Shown one piece after another: positions 12,650 to 21,416 of a stretch of 64,000 nt of DNA; positions within the stretch are counted from its first letter, which is position 1; the number at the start of each line of letters is the position of its first letter. Origin of the DNA: Labrys wisconsinensis. GTDB lineage: Bacteria; Pseudomonadota; Alphaproteobacteria; Rhizobiales; Labraceae. The stretch is taken from contig NZ_JAUSVX010000002.1 in the NCBI RefSeq assembly GCF_030814995.1, positions 637,785 to 701,784 of the forward strand, written 5' to 3'. Both the position numbers and the translations under genes were made by a program. The notes below the pieces were generated by a model. The model had not been told where the DNA came from and made no database searches. It was given only the letters and a program-made list of their open reading frames with translations.

Positions 12650-13852
12650 TCAGGAATGGGGATGCGGGTTGGCGCCCGCGGCGTTCTCGGGCCGCCAGCC
12701 GGTGGCCAGCTTCTTCGACTGGCCGATCCAGTCGTCGCGGACCGCCCGCCCCTTGAAGGCGCCGAGGTTCTGGTCGACCCAGCGCAGGTTCATGTCGGTC
12801 CAGGCGGCGATCTGGTCGAAATGGAACACGCCCATCTGGTGCAGCATCTCCTCCAGCTTCGGCCCGACGCCCCAGATCAGCTTGAGGTCGTCGCCGCCGC
12901 CCTCGCGCGCGGCGGCGAGCAGCACCGGCTTGTGCTCGTCCGAGACCGTCTCGGCCGGGCCGCCCGCGGCGGCGACCGGCGGGTTGACCGGACCGGCGCG
13001 GTCGATGGCGGGGTCGGGCTTCGGGCTCGCCGGCACCTTGGCGCTGTCGGCCTCGGCCGCCGCGGCCTTGGCCGGCGTCGCGTCGGGCTTCGGCGCGGCC
13101 GCAACCGGAGCCGGCGCGGCGGGAGCTGGCGCGACCGGAGCGGGAGCAGGCGCGGCGGGCGCAGGCGGCGCCGCGGCAGCGGCCGCCTTCTTGGCCGCCT
13201 CTTCCTCGAAGCGCTTGCGCCAGGAGCCGACGACCGAGCCGTCATAGAGCGTCGGGTCGGTCAGCGTCTGCGCCCCGCCCTCCGGCTCGGAGGTGACGCG
13301 GCCGATCTGCGAGCCGGTCTTGACCGGCCGGCCGGCGGCGAGGTCGTCCATGAGCTTGCCCATGCTCTCGGGCGTCAGGTCCTCGTAATAGTCGTAGTTG
13401 ATCTGCACCATCGGCGCGTTGCAGCAGGCGCCGAGGCACTCGACCTCGAGCCAGGAGAACTTGCCGTCCGGCGTGACGTGATGCTGGTCGCCGATGCGCT
13501 CCTCCAGCACCTTGCGGATGGCGCCGGCGCCGCGCAGCTGGCAGGGCGTGGTGCCGCACATCTGGATGAAGTAGCGCCCGACCGGCTCGAGGTTGAACAT
13601 GGTGTAGAAGGTCGCGACCTCCAGCACCCGGATCCTGGCCATGCCGAGCCGCGCCGCCACCGCCTCGATCGCCGCCTGCGGCACCCAGCCGCCGGCCTGC
13701 TCCTGGGCGCGCCACAGGAGCGGGATCACCGCCGAAGCCTGGCGGCCCGGCGGGTACTTGGCGATCTCCTTGTCGACCCACGCCTCGTTCTCCGCCGTGA
13801 AGGCGAAGGCGTCGGGCTGGAGTTCCTTGGGCGCGAGACGGCGGACGGACAT
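12650..13852 (-). CDS. nuoE: NADH-quinone oxidoreductase subunit E (24 kDa) with an Ala/Pro-rich linker and a C-terminal extension domain
   Basis: 400 aa. The N-terminal ~230 aa are canonical NuoE (thioredoxin-like 2Fe-2S: CGTTPCQLRGA...CLGACCNAPM). This is followed by AAAAAAPPAPAAPAPAPVAPAPAAPAPVAAAPKPD and then a ~100-aa domain ...DDLKLIWGVGPKLEEMLHQMGVFHFDQIAAWTD.... Confidence 0.9.
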   Translation of the reverse strand: MSVRRLAPKELQPDAFAFTAENEAWVDKEIAKYPPGRQASAVIPLLWRAQEQAGGWVPQAAIEAVAARLGMARIRVLEVATFYTMFNLEPVGRYFIQMCGTTPCQLRGAGAIRKVLEERIGDQHHVTPDGKFSWLEVECLGACCNAPMVQINYDYYEDLTPESMGKLMDDLAAGRPVKTGSQIGRVTSEPEGGAQTLTDPTLYDGSVVGSWRKRFEEEAAKKAAAAAAPPAPAAPAPAPVAPAPAAPAPVAAAPKPDATPAKAAAAEADSAKVPASPKPDPAIDRAGPVNPPVAAAGGPAETVSDEHKPVLLAAAREGGGDDLKLIWGVGPKLEEMLHQMGVFHFDQIAAWTDMNLRWVDQNLGAFKGRAVRDDWIGQSKKLATGWRPENAAGANPHPHS

Positions 13853-13926
13853 ACGCTCAGACCTCTGGCTCGGGCGTCACGGCCGGGCGGGCGCCGGCCA
13901 TCCCTGGCGAAATCGATCTCGATTTC

Positions 13927-13948
13927 GCGGGGAAAACGACGGAAGACG
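13927..13948. promoter_or_regulatory. Perfect 22-nt palindrome GCGAAATCGATCTCGATTTCGC in the nuoE-nuoD intergenic spacer
   Basis: Seen directly: 10-nt arms GCGAAATCGA/TCGATTTCGC with a 2-nt TC spacer. Located in the 135-nt gap inside the nuo operon. Candidate RNA hairpin or protein-binding site. Confidence 0.4.
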
Positions 13949-13987
13949 GGAAACGGGGAGACCGCGCAGGCGGCGCCGGCCGGGCGC

Positions 13988-15172
13988 TCACCGGTCCACC
14001 TCGCCGAAGACGATGTCGAGGGAGCCGAGGATGGCCGAGATGTCGGCCAGCATGTGGCCCTTGCAGACATAGTCCATCGACTGGAGATGGGCGAAGCCCG
14101 GGGCGCGGATCTTGCAGCGATAGGGCTTGTTCGAGCCGTCGGCGACGAGATAGACGCCGAACTCGCCCTTGGGCGCCTCGACCGCCGCATAGACCTCGCC
14201 GGGCGGCACGTGATAGCCCTCGGTATAGAGCTTGAAGTGGTGGATGAGCGCTTCCATCGAGCGCTTCATCTCGCCGCGCTTGGGCGCCACGACCTTGTTG
14301 TCGGCGTTGGAGACCGGCCCGGGCGTGGCGCGCAGCAGCGCCACGCACTGCTTCATGATGCGGATCGACTGCCGCATCTCCTCCATGCGGATGTGGTAGC
14401 GGTCGTAGCAGTCGCCGTTCTTGCCGATCGGAATGTCGAAATCGAGCTCGGCATAGCACTCGTAAGGCTGGGCCTTGCGCAGGTCCCAGGCCGCTCCGGA
14501 GCCGCGCACCATCACGCCGGAGAAGCCCCAGGCCCAAGCGTCATCGAGCGACACCACGCCGATGTCGACGTTGCGCTGCTTGAAGATGCGGTTGTCGGTG
14601 AGGAGGGTCTCCAGGTCGTCGCAGACCTTGAGGAAGGGGTCGCAGAACGCCTCGATGTCGTCGATCAGGGCCGGCGGCAGGTCCTGGTGCACGCCGCCCG
14701 GCCGGAAATAGGCCGCGTGCATGCGCGAGCCGGAGGCGCGCTCGTAGAAGATCATCAGCTTCTCGCGCTCCTCGAAGCCCCAAAGCGGCGGGGTGAGCGC
14801 GCCGACATCCATCGCCTGCGTGGTGACGTTGAGCAGGTGCGACAGCAGGCGGCCGATCTCGCAATAGAGCACGCGGATGAGTTGGCCGCGCCTGGGCACG
14901 TCGAGGCCGATCAGCTTCTCGATCGCCAGGCAGTAGGCGTGCTCCTGGTTCATCGGCGCGACATAGTCGAGCCGGTCGAAATAGGGAATCGCCTGGTTGA
15001 AGGTCTTGGCCTCGATCAGCTTTTCCGTGCCGCGGTGCAAGAGGCCGATATGCGGGTCGAGGCGCTCGACCACCTCGCCGTCGAGCTCGGTGATCAGGCG
15101 CAGCACGCCATGGGCGGCCGGATGCTGCGGGCCGAAATTGACGGAGAAGTTGCGGAGATTCTGCTCGCCCAT
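13988..15172 (-). CDS. nuoD: NADH-quinone oxidoreductase subunit D (49 kDa)
   Basis: Product [54 protein letters not shown].... The start at 15172 lies inside the longer track ORF 13988..15595 and overlaps the nuoC stop (ATGA). Confidence 0.95.
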   Translation of the reverse strand: MGEQNLRNFSVNFGPQHPAAHGVLRLITELDGEVVERLDPHIGLLHRGTEKLIEAKTFNQAIPYFDRLDYVAPMNQEHAYCLAIEKLIGLDVPRRGQLIRVLYCEIGRLLSHLLNVTTQAMDVGALTPPLWGFEEREKLMIFYERASGSRMHAAYFRPGGVHQDLPPALIDDIEAFCDPFLKVCDDLETLLTDNRIFKQRNVDIGVVSLDDAWAWGFSGVMVRGSGAAWDLRKAQPYECYAELDFDIPIGKNGDCYDRYHIRMEEMRQSIRIMKQCVALLRATPGPVSNADNKVVAPKRGEMKRSMEALIHHFKLYTEGYHVPPGEVYAAVEAPKGEFGVYLVADGSNKPYRCKIRAPGFAHLQSMDYVCKGHMLADISAILGSLDIVFGEVDR

Positions 15173-15774
15173 CAGGATTTGGCCTTCTCGTCGCCCGGCA
15201 GCACGTAATCCGTCCCTTCCCAGGGGGACAGGAAGTCGAAATTGCGGAACTCCTGGGTGAGCCGCACCGGCTGGTAGACCACCCGCTTGACCTCGTCGTC
15301 CCAGCGGACCTCGACGAAGCCGGTCATCGGAAAGTCCTTGCGCAGGGGATGGCCATCGAAGCCGTAGTCGGTCAGCAGCCGGCGCATGTCGGGATGGCCG
15401 GTGAACAGGATGCCGAAGAGGTCGTAGGCCTCGCGCTCGAACCACAGCGCTCCGGGGAAGACGCCGACGCTGGAGGGGACCGGGGTCGCCTCGTCGGTCT
15501 GGATCTTGACGCGGATGCGCGCGTTCTTCTTCGGCGAAAGCAGGTGGTAGACCACGTCGAAGCGCTTCTCGCGCATGGGGTAGTCGGCGCCGCACACGTC
15601 GATGAAGCTGACGAACTGGCAGGCCGGGTCGTCGCGCAGGAAGGTGAGCACGTCGAGAATGCCGGCGGCCTCGGCCGACACGGTCAGTTCGCCATAGGCG
15701 ATCGAGACCTCCGACACCACGCCCGGCAGGGCGGAGCGCACATGATCGCCGATCTGTTGGAGCGCCTCAGTCAT
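15172..15774 (-). CDS. nuoC: NADH-quinone oxidoreductase subunit C (30 kDa)
   Basis: 200 aa, [32 protein letters not shown]...[33 protein letters not shown]. Confidence 0.95.
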   Translation of the reverse strand: MTEALQQIGDHVRSALPGVVSEVSIAYGELTVSAEAAGILDVLTFLRDDPACQFVSFIDVCGADYPMREKRFDVVYHLLSPKKNARIRVKIQTDEATPVPSSVGVFPGALWFEREAYDLFGILFTGHPDMRRLLTDYGFDGHPLRKDFPMTGFVEVRWDDEVKRVVYQPVRLTQEFRNFDFLSPWEGTDYVLPGDEKAKS

Positions 15775-15815
15775 GCATCAGTCCAAACAGGTTCGAGGAA
15801 GGTCGGGCCCCGCCC

Positions 15816-16403
15816 CTAGCGCTCGATCGTGCCGGTGCGGCGGATCTTCTTCTGCAGGAGCAGGACGCCGTAGAGCAGCGCTTCGGCCGTGGGCGGGCAG
15901 CCCGGCACGTAGATGTCGACCGGCACGATCCGGTCGCAGCCGCGCACCACCGCATAGGAGTAATGATAGTAGCCCCCGCCATTGGCGCAGGAGCCCATGG
16001 AGATGACGTAGCGCGGCTCCGGCATCTGGTCGTAGACCTTGCGCAGGGCCGGGGCCATCTTGTTGGTGAGCGTGCCGGCGACGATCATCACGTCGGACTG
16101 GCGCGGCGAGGCGCGCGGGGCGAAGCCGAAGCGCTCGACGTCGTAGCGCGGCATAGAGACCTGCATCATCTCCACGGCGCAGCAGGCCAGGCCGAAAGTC
16201 ATCCACATCAGCGAGCCGGTGCGGGCCCAGTTGATGAGGTCGTCGGTGGCGGTGACCAGGAACCCCTTGTCGGCGAGCTCGTTGTTGATCTCGACGAAGA
16301 AGGGATCATTGGCGCCGACGGGCTTGCCGGTCGACGGATCGATGATTCCCCTGGGCGCCGGCGCGGTGAGCGTCCGGCCGGGAGCTTCCGCGATCAATCC
16401 CAT
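15816..16403 (-). CDS. nuoB: NADH-quinone oxidoreductase subunit B (20 kDa, N2 cluster)
   Basis: Contains ...[10 protein letters not shown]...[17 protein letters not shown]...VPGCPP. A GGGAG Shine-Dalgarno sequence sits upstream of the ATG at 16403 (product MGLIAEAPG...). An alternative in-frame ATG at 16424 lacks a Shine-Dalgarno sequence. Confidence 0.9.
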   Translation of the reverse strand: MGLIAEAPGRTLTAPAPRGIIDPSTGKPVGANDPFFVEINNELADKGFLVTATDDLINWARTGSLMWMTFGLACCAVEMMQVSMPRYDVERFGFAPRASPRQSDVMIVAGTLTNKMAPALRKVYDQMPEPRYVISMGSCANGGGYYHYSYAVVRGCDRIVPVDIYVPGCPPTAEALLYGVLLLQKKIRRTGTIER

Positions 16404-16759
16404 TCCAGGGCTCCCTTCTTCCATTCATAGACAAAGCCGATGGTCAGGACGCCGAGGAAGGCCATCATCGACCAGAAGCCGAACACCCCGACCTCCTTGA
16501 AGGTGATCGCCCAGGGGAAGAGGAAGGCGACCTCGAGGTCGAAGATGATGAACAGGATCGACACGAGATAGAACCGCACGTCGAACTTCATGCGGGCGTC
16601 GTCGAAGGCGTTGAAGCCGCATTCATAGGCCGACAGCTTCTCCGGATCCGGGCGCTGGTAGGCGACGATGAAGGGCACCACGAGGAGCGCCAGACCGATG
16701 ACGGCCGAGACCCCGATGAAGATGACGAGCGGCAGGTAGCTGGCGAGGAGTTCGTTCAT
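16394..16759 (-). CDS. nuoA: NADH-quinone oxidoreductase subunit A
   Basis: Product [65 protein letters not shown]. The ORF track begins 10 codons upstream (16789). First gene of the operon. Confidence 0.9.
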   Translation of the reverse strand: MNELLASYLPLVIFIGVSAVIGLALLVVPFIVAYQRPDPEKLSAYECGFNAFDDARMKFDVRFYLVSILFIIFDLEVAFLFPWAITFKEVGVFGFWSMMAFLGVLTIGFVYEWKKGALEWD

Positions 16760-17069
16760 CGACCCTGAACCTTGGCACGCCGGAGACAAGCCCTATCGCG
16801 GGCGGGCACCCGCGTTTCCTTGAACCATTCCAGCCTCAGCGCGAGGCTTAGACCAGCGCCTTCGCAGGTGCAAGAAGGAAGCGTCGCCGGCCTGCAGGAT
16901 TCGCGCCATCGGTCCGAGGGCGCAGCGGCGCCGCCACAGCCCCTTGCCGAGCCTCTTTCCAGGGGAATGGCCGTCGACGCCCGCAGCCGTCCTGCCGCAG
17001 TGCGGCAAGCATGTGCGCACGGCATGGCGGGCATGACGAAGTCGGGACGTCAGGTCAGGGCCCATAAGC

Positions 17070-17098
17070 AAAAAGCCAGCCCGAAGGCTGGCTTTTTG
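17070..17098. terminator. Rho-independent terminator, bidirectional (AAAAAGCCAGCC-CGAA-GGCTGGCTTTTT)
   Basis: Perfect 7-bp GC-rich stem with a CGAA loop, flanked by an A-run and a T-run. Lies immediately 3' of tRNA-Asp on the minus strand. Confidence 0.7.
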
Positions 17099-17110
17099 GG
17101 TCCGCCGGAC

Positions 17111-17187
17111 TGGCGAGAGAGACGGGACTTGAACCCGCGACCTTCGGCGTGACAGGCCGACGCTCTAACCAACTGAGCTACTCCCCC
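17111..17187 (-). tRNA. tRNA-Asp (anticodon GTC)
   Basis: Reverse complement is GGGGGAGTAGCTCAGTTGGTTAGAGCGTCGGCCTGTCACGCCGAAGGTCGCGGGTTCAAGTCCCGTCTCTCTCGCCA. Cloverleaf with D-arm GCTC/GAGC, anticodon stem TCGGC/GCCGA, loop CTGTCAC, T-loop TTCAAGT and encoded CCA. The artifactual ORF 17050..17241 shows the typical LVRASA..FKSR tRNA read-through translation. Coordinates may be off by 1-2 nt. Confidence 0.85.
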
Positions 17188-17273
17188 GCGCGGCCGATGA
17201 ACGAACCGTCGTCGGCGGTGCGGGGTGATTACGGCCCGCACGCCGGGGTGTCAAGCGCAAAGCTCGGCGAAAT

Positions 17274-17630
17274 TCATTCCGCCGACCACTTCTCGACGCC
17301 GATCTTGTCCTTGCCGAAATAGGTCCACACGCCCTCCCAGCCCGACCCCTTGCGGGCGAAGGCGGCGATGCCGGGCGAGCCGCCGCCGGCGTCGTAGCCG
17401 ACGGCCAGGAAATCGTCGTTGCCGATGGCCGTGCCGGTATAGGTCTGCTCGCCGATCTTCCACACCACCTGGAACGTATCGCCGTTCTTGGAGACCACGG
17501 CCGTGCCCTTATAGGCCCCCTCCCCGCCGGGATTGGCGCCCTCGACATTGTAGCTGCCGGACGGATCGGCCCAGGCCGAGCCGGCGCTCAGGGCGAGCGC
17601 GATGAAAGCGGCGGTGATGGTGCGTTTCAT
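17274..17630 (-). CDS. Small secreted (periplasmic) hypothetical protein, 118 aa
   Basis: Signal peptide MKRTITAAFIALALSAGSAWA, then a Gly/Thr-rich probable beta-rich body (...AYKGTAVVSKNGDTFQVVWKIGEQTYTGTAIGNDDFLAVGYD...). High GC3, consistent with coding. Loosely resembles the 46203..46559 product. Confidence 0.7.
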   Translation of the reverse strand: MKRTITAAFIALALSAGSAWADPSGSYNVEGANPGGEGAYKGTAVVSKNGDTFQVVWKIGEQTYTGTAIGNDDFLAVGYDAGGGSPGIAAFARKGSGWEGVWTYFGKDKIGVEKWSAE

Positions 17631-17744
17631 GGATTTCCTCCCCCTTCATGGGTGGAGGCATGAGAGCGCCGCCCCGGCGAGGCGGTCAAGGCGACCCCAG
17701 GGCCGTGGGGTCATGCCACCAAAAAAAGTCAGGGAGCGATTCGG

Positions 17745-17760
17745 TCGCAAACGTTTGCGA
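17745..17760. promoter_or_regulatory. Perfect 16-nt palindrome TCGCAAACGTTTGCGA upstream of the 118-aa secreted-protein gene
   Basis: Seen directly in the promoter region (about 115-130 nt upstream of the ATG at 17630). Shares the AAACGTTT core with the nuoG-nuoF spacer element. Confidence 0.3.
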
Positions 17761-17779
17761 TTCGATTCGCCTGCGTGAA

Positions 17780-17980
17780 TCAGCCCCGGCCCCTCAGGCT
17801 CTCATAGGCGCGCACCGGCCAGGACACCGCGCTCGGGATCTCGTCCGCCACGCTGGCGACGAGGCGCGAGGCGGGCACGCTGTCCCACTGCTCGCCGACG
17901 ATCGGCGAGAGCTGCACGGCAACTCCGGTGAGGTAGACGATCATCAGACTTGAAAACAGCCAGCGCATGGCGCCCTCCAT
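17780..17980 (-). CDS. Possible small membrane-anchored protein (66 aa), downstream of cfa
   Basis: MEGAMRWLFSSLMIVYLTGVAVQLSPIVGEQWDS... has one N-terminal hydrophobic helix. No recognisable family; weak evidence (ORF plus codon bias only). Confidence 0.3.
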   Translation of the reverse strand: MEGAMRWLFSSLMIVYLTGVAVQLSPIVGEQWDSVPASRLVASVADEIPSAVSWPVRAYESLRGRG

Positions 17981-18031
17981 CGGTGATGAGGCATGGGACC
18001 ATTGTCGCGGCTCCCGGCTCCGTGCCGGACG

Positions 18032-19378
18032 TCACACCGCCGGCTGCCGGCGGCCGGCGCGGGCGGCGGGGTAGAGCAAGGCCCGGTCGAGGGGGACGCC
18101 GGACGGTCCGACGCGGCGCTTGGAGCCCACCACCTGGAACACGTTGAGGGTGCCGCGCTCGAAGGCGATGGCGCAGATCGAGAGGTAGAGGTACCACAGC
18201 CGCGTCCGCGGCCAGCCGACCTCGGCCGCCGCGGCCTCGCGCCTGTCATAGAGCCGCCGCGCCCAGTGCTCGCAGGTGAGCTGGAAATGCTCGCGCAGCG
18301 CCTCGACGTCGAGGACCTCGAAGCCGTGACGCTCGAGATTGGTGACGGTCATGCCGATATAGTCGAGCTCGCCGCCGGGAAAGATGAAGCGGGTGCCGAA
18401 CCGGGTGTAGACGGTCATCTTCCGGAATCGCGAAATGTCCGGCGTGACGCGCCGGGTGCTCGCCTGCCCGAAATAGAGGCCGCGCGGCCGCAGCAGGGCA
18501 CGCATGCGCTTGTAATGGGCGTCGTGGTTGTCGAGGCCGAGATGCTCGATCATCTCGACCTGGGCGATCTTGTCGAAGGCGCCGGGCTCGTCGACCGTCC
18601 GGCAATCCCGCAGCTCGACCGTGACGCGGTCCTTCAGGCCGAGCCGGTCGATCTTGGCGGTGACGTAGTCGAACTGCGCCTGGGACAGGGTGGTGCCGAA
18701 GGCATGCACGCCATAGGTCTGCGCGGCGTGGCAGAGCAGGGATCCCCAGCCGCAGCCGAGGTCGAACAGGCGCTCGCCCGGCTGCAGGCGCAGCTTGCGG
18801 CAGATCAGATCGAGCTTGGCCTTCTGGGCCTCGTCCAGCGTCGTGTCGGGCCGTTCGAAATAGGCGCTGGAATAGACCATCTCCGGATCGAGGAAGAGCG
18901 CGTAGAACGCATTGGACACGTCATAGTGGAACCGGATCAGGTCCGTGTCCGGGCGGCCGTCATCGCTGCGGCTCGCCACCTCATTCTTGTATTCCAGGCC
19001 GCTCTCCGACAGCTTGCCGCGGTGCAGCAGGATCGGAAGCGCCGCCTTCAGCAGCGCGACCTTGTTCACCTTGCGCGGCAGGGCCCGGAATTGCGTGGGG
19101 TCGATGCGCTGCATCGCCTCGATCAGGTCGGGGCCACGGACGTCGATCTCGCCGATGGCGAACAATTCGGCGATCGTCGAGATGCTCGGCTTAAGGAGAA
19201 GCCGCTTCATGGCGGCGGCGGAGCCGATCACCAGTCGCACGTCGTCGAGGCCCCCTGCCCCGATCGGCAGGACATCGCCGTTCCACAGCTCGACCGCCAG
19301 GTCGGCATCGAGGTGGCGGGCGAGCTCGGCCACGACCCGGCGGGCGGCCGTGACCTGACGCTGACCAGCCATCGTCAT
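18032..19378 (-). CDS. cfa: Cyclopropane-fatty-acyl-phospholipid synthase family SAM-dependent methyltransferase
   Basis: 448 aa with CFA-synthase hallmarks: ...FHYDVSNAFYALFLDPEMVYSSAYFE..., the SAM motif LDLGCGWGSL, and ...EHLG...YFGQ.... Confidence 0.85.
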   Translation of the reverse strand: MTMAGQRQVTAARRVVAELARHLDADLAVELWNGDVLPIGAGGLDDVRLVIGSAAAMKRLLLKPSISTIAELFAIGEIDVRGPDLIEAMQRIDPTQFRALPRKVNKVALLKAALPILLHRGKLSESGLEYKNEVASRSDDGRPDTDLIRFHYDVSNAFYALFLDPEMVYSSAYFERPDTTLDEAQKAKLDLICRKLRLQPGERLFDLGCGWGSLLCHAAQTYGVHAFGTTLSQAQFDYVTAKIDRLGLKDRVTVELRDCRTVDEPGAFDKIAQVEMIEHLGLDNHDAHYKRMRALLRPRGLYFGQASTRRVTPDISRFRKMTVYTRFGTRFIFPGGELDYIGMTVTNLERHGFEVLDVEALREHFQLTCEHWARRLYDRREAAAAEVGWPRTRLWYLYLSICAIAFERGTLNVFQVVGSKRRVGPSGVPLDRALLYPAARAGRRQPAV

Positions 19379-19659
19379 GGTTCCCCCTCAGCTACGAAGC
19401 GCGGCGCGGGCTACGTGCGATCGATCGAAGTCATGGAATCCCACGGAGCCGAAGACATCACGGCCCGTCAAGTCCCGTGTGGGCTCAATCCGGCTGCGTC
19501 GCAGCGCCGTTTCCGCTCGTGTAGGCGATGGACGTGCCGAATGCCATCGCTTTCTCGCGCCCGGCGTGCCTCGCAAAGACGCCGATGTCGCCTCGATTGG
19601 AACGAAATTGCGTGGTGTAGGTTCTCATTCGAAGAGACACCGATCCACCCTGACGCATC

Positions 19660-19842
19660 ATGGTCTACGTCATCATCATCGCCGCAGTCATCGCAGCCTA
19701 TCTGGCGCTGCAATGGCTCATCACGCCCCTCGACAGCTATCTCAGCGCCCGGGTCTGGCGCAACGCGGTCAAGTCCGGCAAGCGGGTGGTCGACCGGCGG
19801 CCGCGTTTCGGCAAGGGCTCGCGGTCCACGCCGGCGCGCTGA
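19660..19842 (+). CDS. Possible small membrane protein (60 aa) within a ~970-bp otherwise non-coding region
   Basis: MVYVIIIAAVIAAYLALQWLITPLDSYLSARVWRNAVKSGKRVVDRRPRFGKGSRSTPAR: one TM helix plus a basic tail, with GC3-rich codons but no clear Shine-Dalgarno sequence. Confidence 0.3.
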   Translation: MVYVIIIAAVIAAYLALQWLITPLDSYLSARVWRNAVKSGKRVVDRRPRFGKGSRSTPAR

Positions 19843-19867
19843 CGCGGCTGCGGCCGGAACGGCGAGC

Positions 19868-19900
19868 GGGCGGCAACGGGATCGAGCCGCAGCCCCTCTC
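19868..19900. repeat. Degenerate direct repeat of the 3' half of tRNA-Val (about 27/33 identical to 27928..27960); candidate distal att site of an island
   Basis: By-eye ungapped alignment: GGGCGGCAACGGGATCGAGCCGCAGCCCCTCTC versus GGGCGGTGACGGGCTCGAACCGCCGACCCTCTC (covers the tRNA-Val acceptor 3' strand, T-arm and variable region). Same orientation as the tRNA gene. Confidence 0.35.
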
Positions 19901-20346
19901 CCTGCAGACTTGAACGGAGCAGGCCACCTCCTGTCGAAGCCGGGCGTCGGGGCGACGTCTGCACGGCAGGCTCGCGCACGATGGTGTGGTTCGGGCCCCG
20001 GTGCCCGATCGGTTGCCGCCACCCTCGGCGGGACACTCCGCGGACGACGGGATTGCCGTTGCCGGGCGATCTGCCGGAATCTCCCCGCTCGCGCCCCAGC
20101 CGCAAAAGCCGGCGCGACGTCTTGAACCCTCTGGACAGCGGCGCCACATCTGGAGTAACCCTCCGTTTGTCGGCTCGGCCGGAACCGCCGGCCACGATCC
20201 GATCCTCGCGTTTTTCGGACTGAGACCAGTGGGCGCCGTGCCCGCTTTCTCACGTCCTCGAGCTCTTGAGCCAGTTGCGCGCGCCTCGCGACGCACGACG
20301 CCGTGTCGTGCCGTTGCCTGCGCTGCCTTTTCGAGGAGAGACCATC

Positions 20347-21402
20347 ATGTTCATGTGTACCGGTTATGCCGCCCAGTCCGCGGACACGCCGCTGGCGCCC
20401 TTCTCGTTCGAGCGGCGCGATCCGGGGCCGGCCGACGTCGCCATCGAGATCCTCTATTGCGGCGTCTGCCATTCCGACCTGCACACGGTGCGCAACGAGT
20501 GGAAGAACACGCTCTATCCCAGCCTGCCGGGCCACGAGATCGTCGGCCGGGTCACGGCCGTCGGAGCGGATGTCGCGAAGTTCAAGGTCGGCGACGTCGC
20601 GGCCGTCGGCTGCATGGTCGATTCCTGCCGCACCTGCCCGAGCTGCCGCCAGGGCGTCGAGCAATATTGCGACAACGTCTTCACCGGAACCTATAACGGC
20701 GCGGACAAGATCAGCGGCGGCCACACCTTCGGCGGCTACTCCAGCCATATCGTCGTCGATCAGGACTTCGTGCTGAAGGTGCCGGCCAATCTCGACCTGG
20801 CCGCCGCGGCGCCGCTGCTCTGCGCCGGCATCACGCTCTACTCGCCGCTCCGGTACTGGGGCGCCGGGCCGGGCAAGAAGGTCGGCATCGTCGGCCTCGG
20901 CGGCCTCGGCCATATGGGCGTCAAGCTCGCCCATGCCATGGGCGCCCATGTCGTGCTGTTCACCACCTCGCCCGGCAAGGTCGAGGACGGCAGGCGCCTC
21001 GGCGCCGACGAGGTCGTGCTCTCCAGGGATGCCGATGCCATGGCCAGGCACGTGGAGAGCTTCGACCTGATCATCGACGCGGTCTCGGCCAAGCACGACG
21101 TCAGCGCCTATCTCAACCTGATCAAGCGCGACGGCACGCTGGTGCAGGTCGGCGTGCCCGAGGAGCCGCTGCCGGTCGGCGTCATCAGCCTGGTGTGGAA
21201 GCGCCGCAGCTTCGCCGGCTCGATCATCGGCGGCATCGCCGAGACGCAGGAGATGCTCGACTTCTGCGGCAAGCACGGCATCACCGCCGACATCGAGATG
21301 ATCTCGATCCGGACGATCGAGGACGCCTATGCCCGCATGCTGAAGAGCGATGTGAAATACCGCTTCGTCATCGACATGGCGTCGCTCGGGCAAGCCGCGT
21401 GA
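20347..21402 (+). CDS. Zinc-type NADP-dependent alcohol dehydrogenase (YahK/cinnamyl-ADH-like)
   Basis: 351 aa from MFMCTGYAAQ (GAGGAGAG Shine-Dalgarno sequence upstream). Motifs GVCHSDLH, GHEIVG, CRTCPSCRQGVEQYC (structural zinc) and GLGGLGHMGVKLA (Rossmann). Confidence 0.85.
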   Translation: MFMCTGYAAQSADTPLAPFSFERRDPGPADVAIEILYCGVCHSDLHTVRNEWKNTLYPSLPGHEIVGRVTAVGADVAKFKVGDVAAVGCMVDSCRTCPSCRQGVEQYCDNVFTGTYNGADKISGGHTFGGYSSHIVVDQDFVLKVPANLDLAAAAPLLCAGITLYSPLRYWGAGPGKKVGIVGLGGLGHMGVKLAHAMGAHVVLFTTSPGKVEDGRRLGADEVVLSRDADAMARHVESFDLIIDAVSAKHDVSAYLNLIKRDGTLVQVGVPEEPLPVGVISLVWKRRSFAGSIIGGIAETQEMLDFCGKHGITADIEMISIRTIEDAYARMLKSDVKYRFVIDMASLGQAA

Positions 21403-21416
21403 GGGGAGGAAACGAC

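Noticed and set aside
13050-13200. Repetitive GC-rich DNA (gcgccggagc... Ala/Pro codons) considered as a possible CRISPR or tandem-repeat array
   Set aside because: It is the in-frame Ala/Pro-rich linker of NuoE. There are no regularly spaced identical repeats with unique spacers, and no cas genes are in the window.
17631-17740. Hairpin GACCCC-AGGGCCGT-GGGGTC with adjacent A-run considered as a terminator
   Set aside because: The U-run would precede rather than follow the hairpin on the minus strand. On the plus strand it is followed by A, not T. No upstream plus-strand gene needs terminating. Possibly a promoter-region structure only.
17993-21393. ORFs 17993..20125 (+, 710 aa) and 19468..21393 (-, 641 aa)
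   Set aside because: They overlap cfa and adh in wrong frames or strands. Low-complexity translations. Real genes are assigned on the basis of recognisable family motifs.
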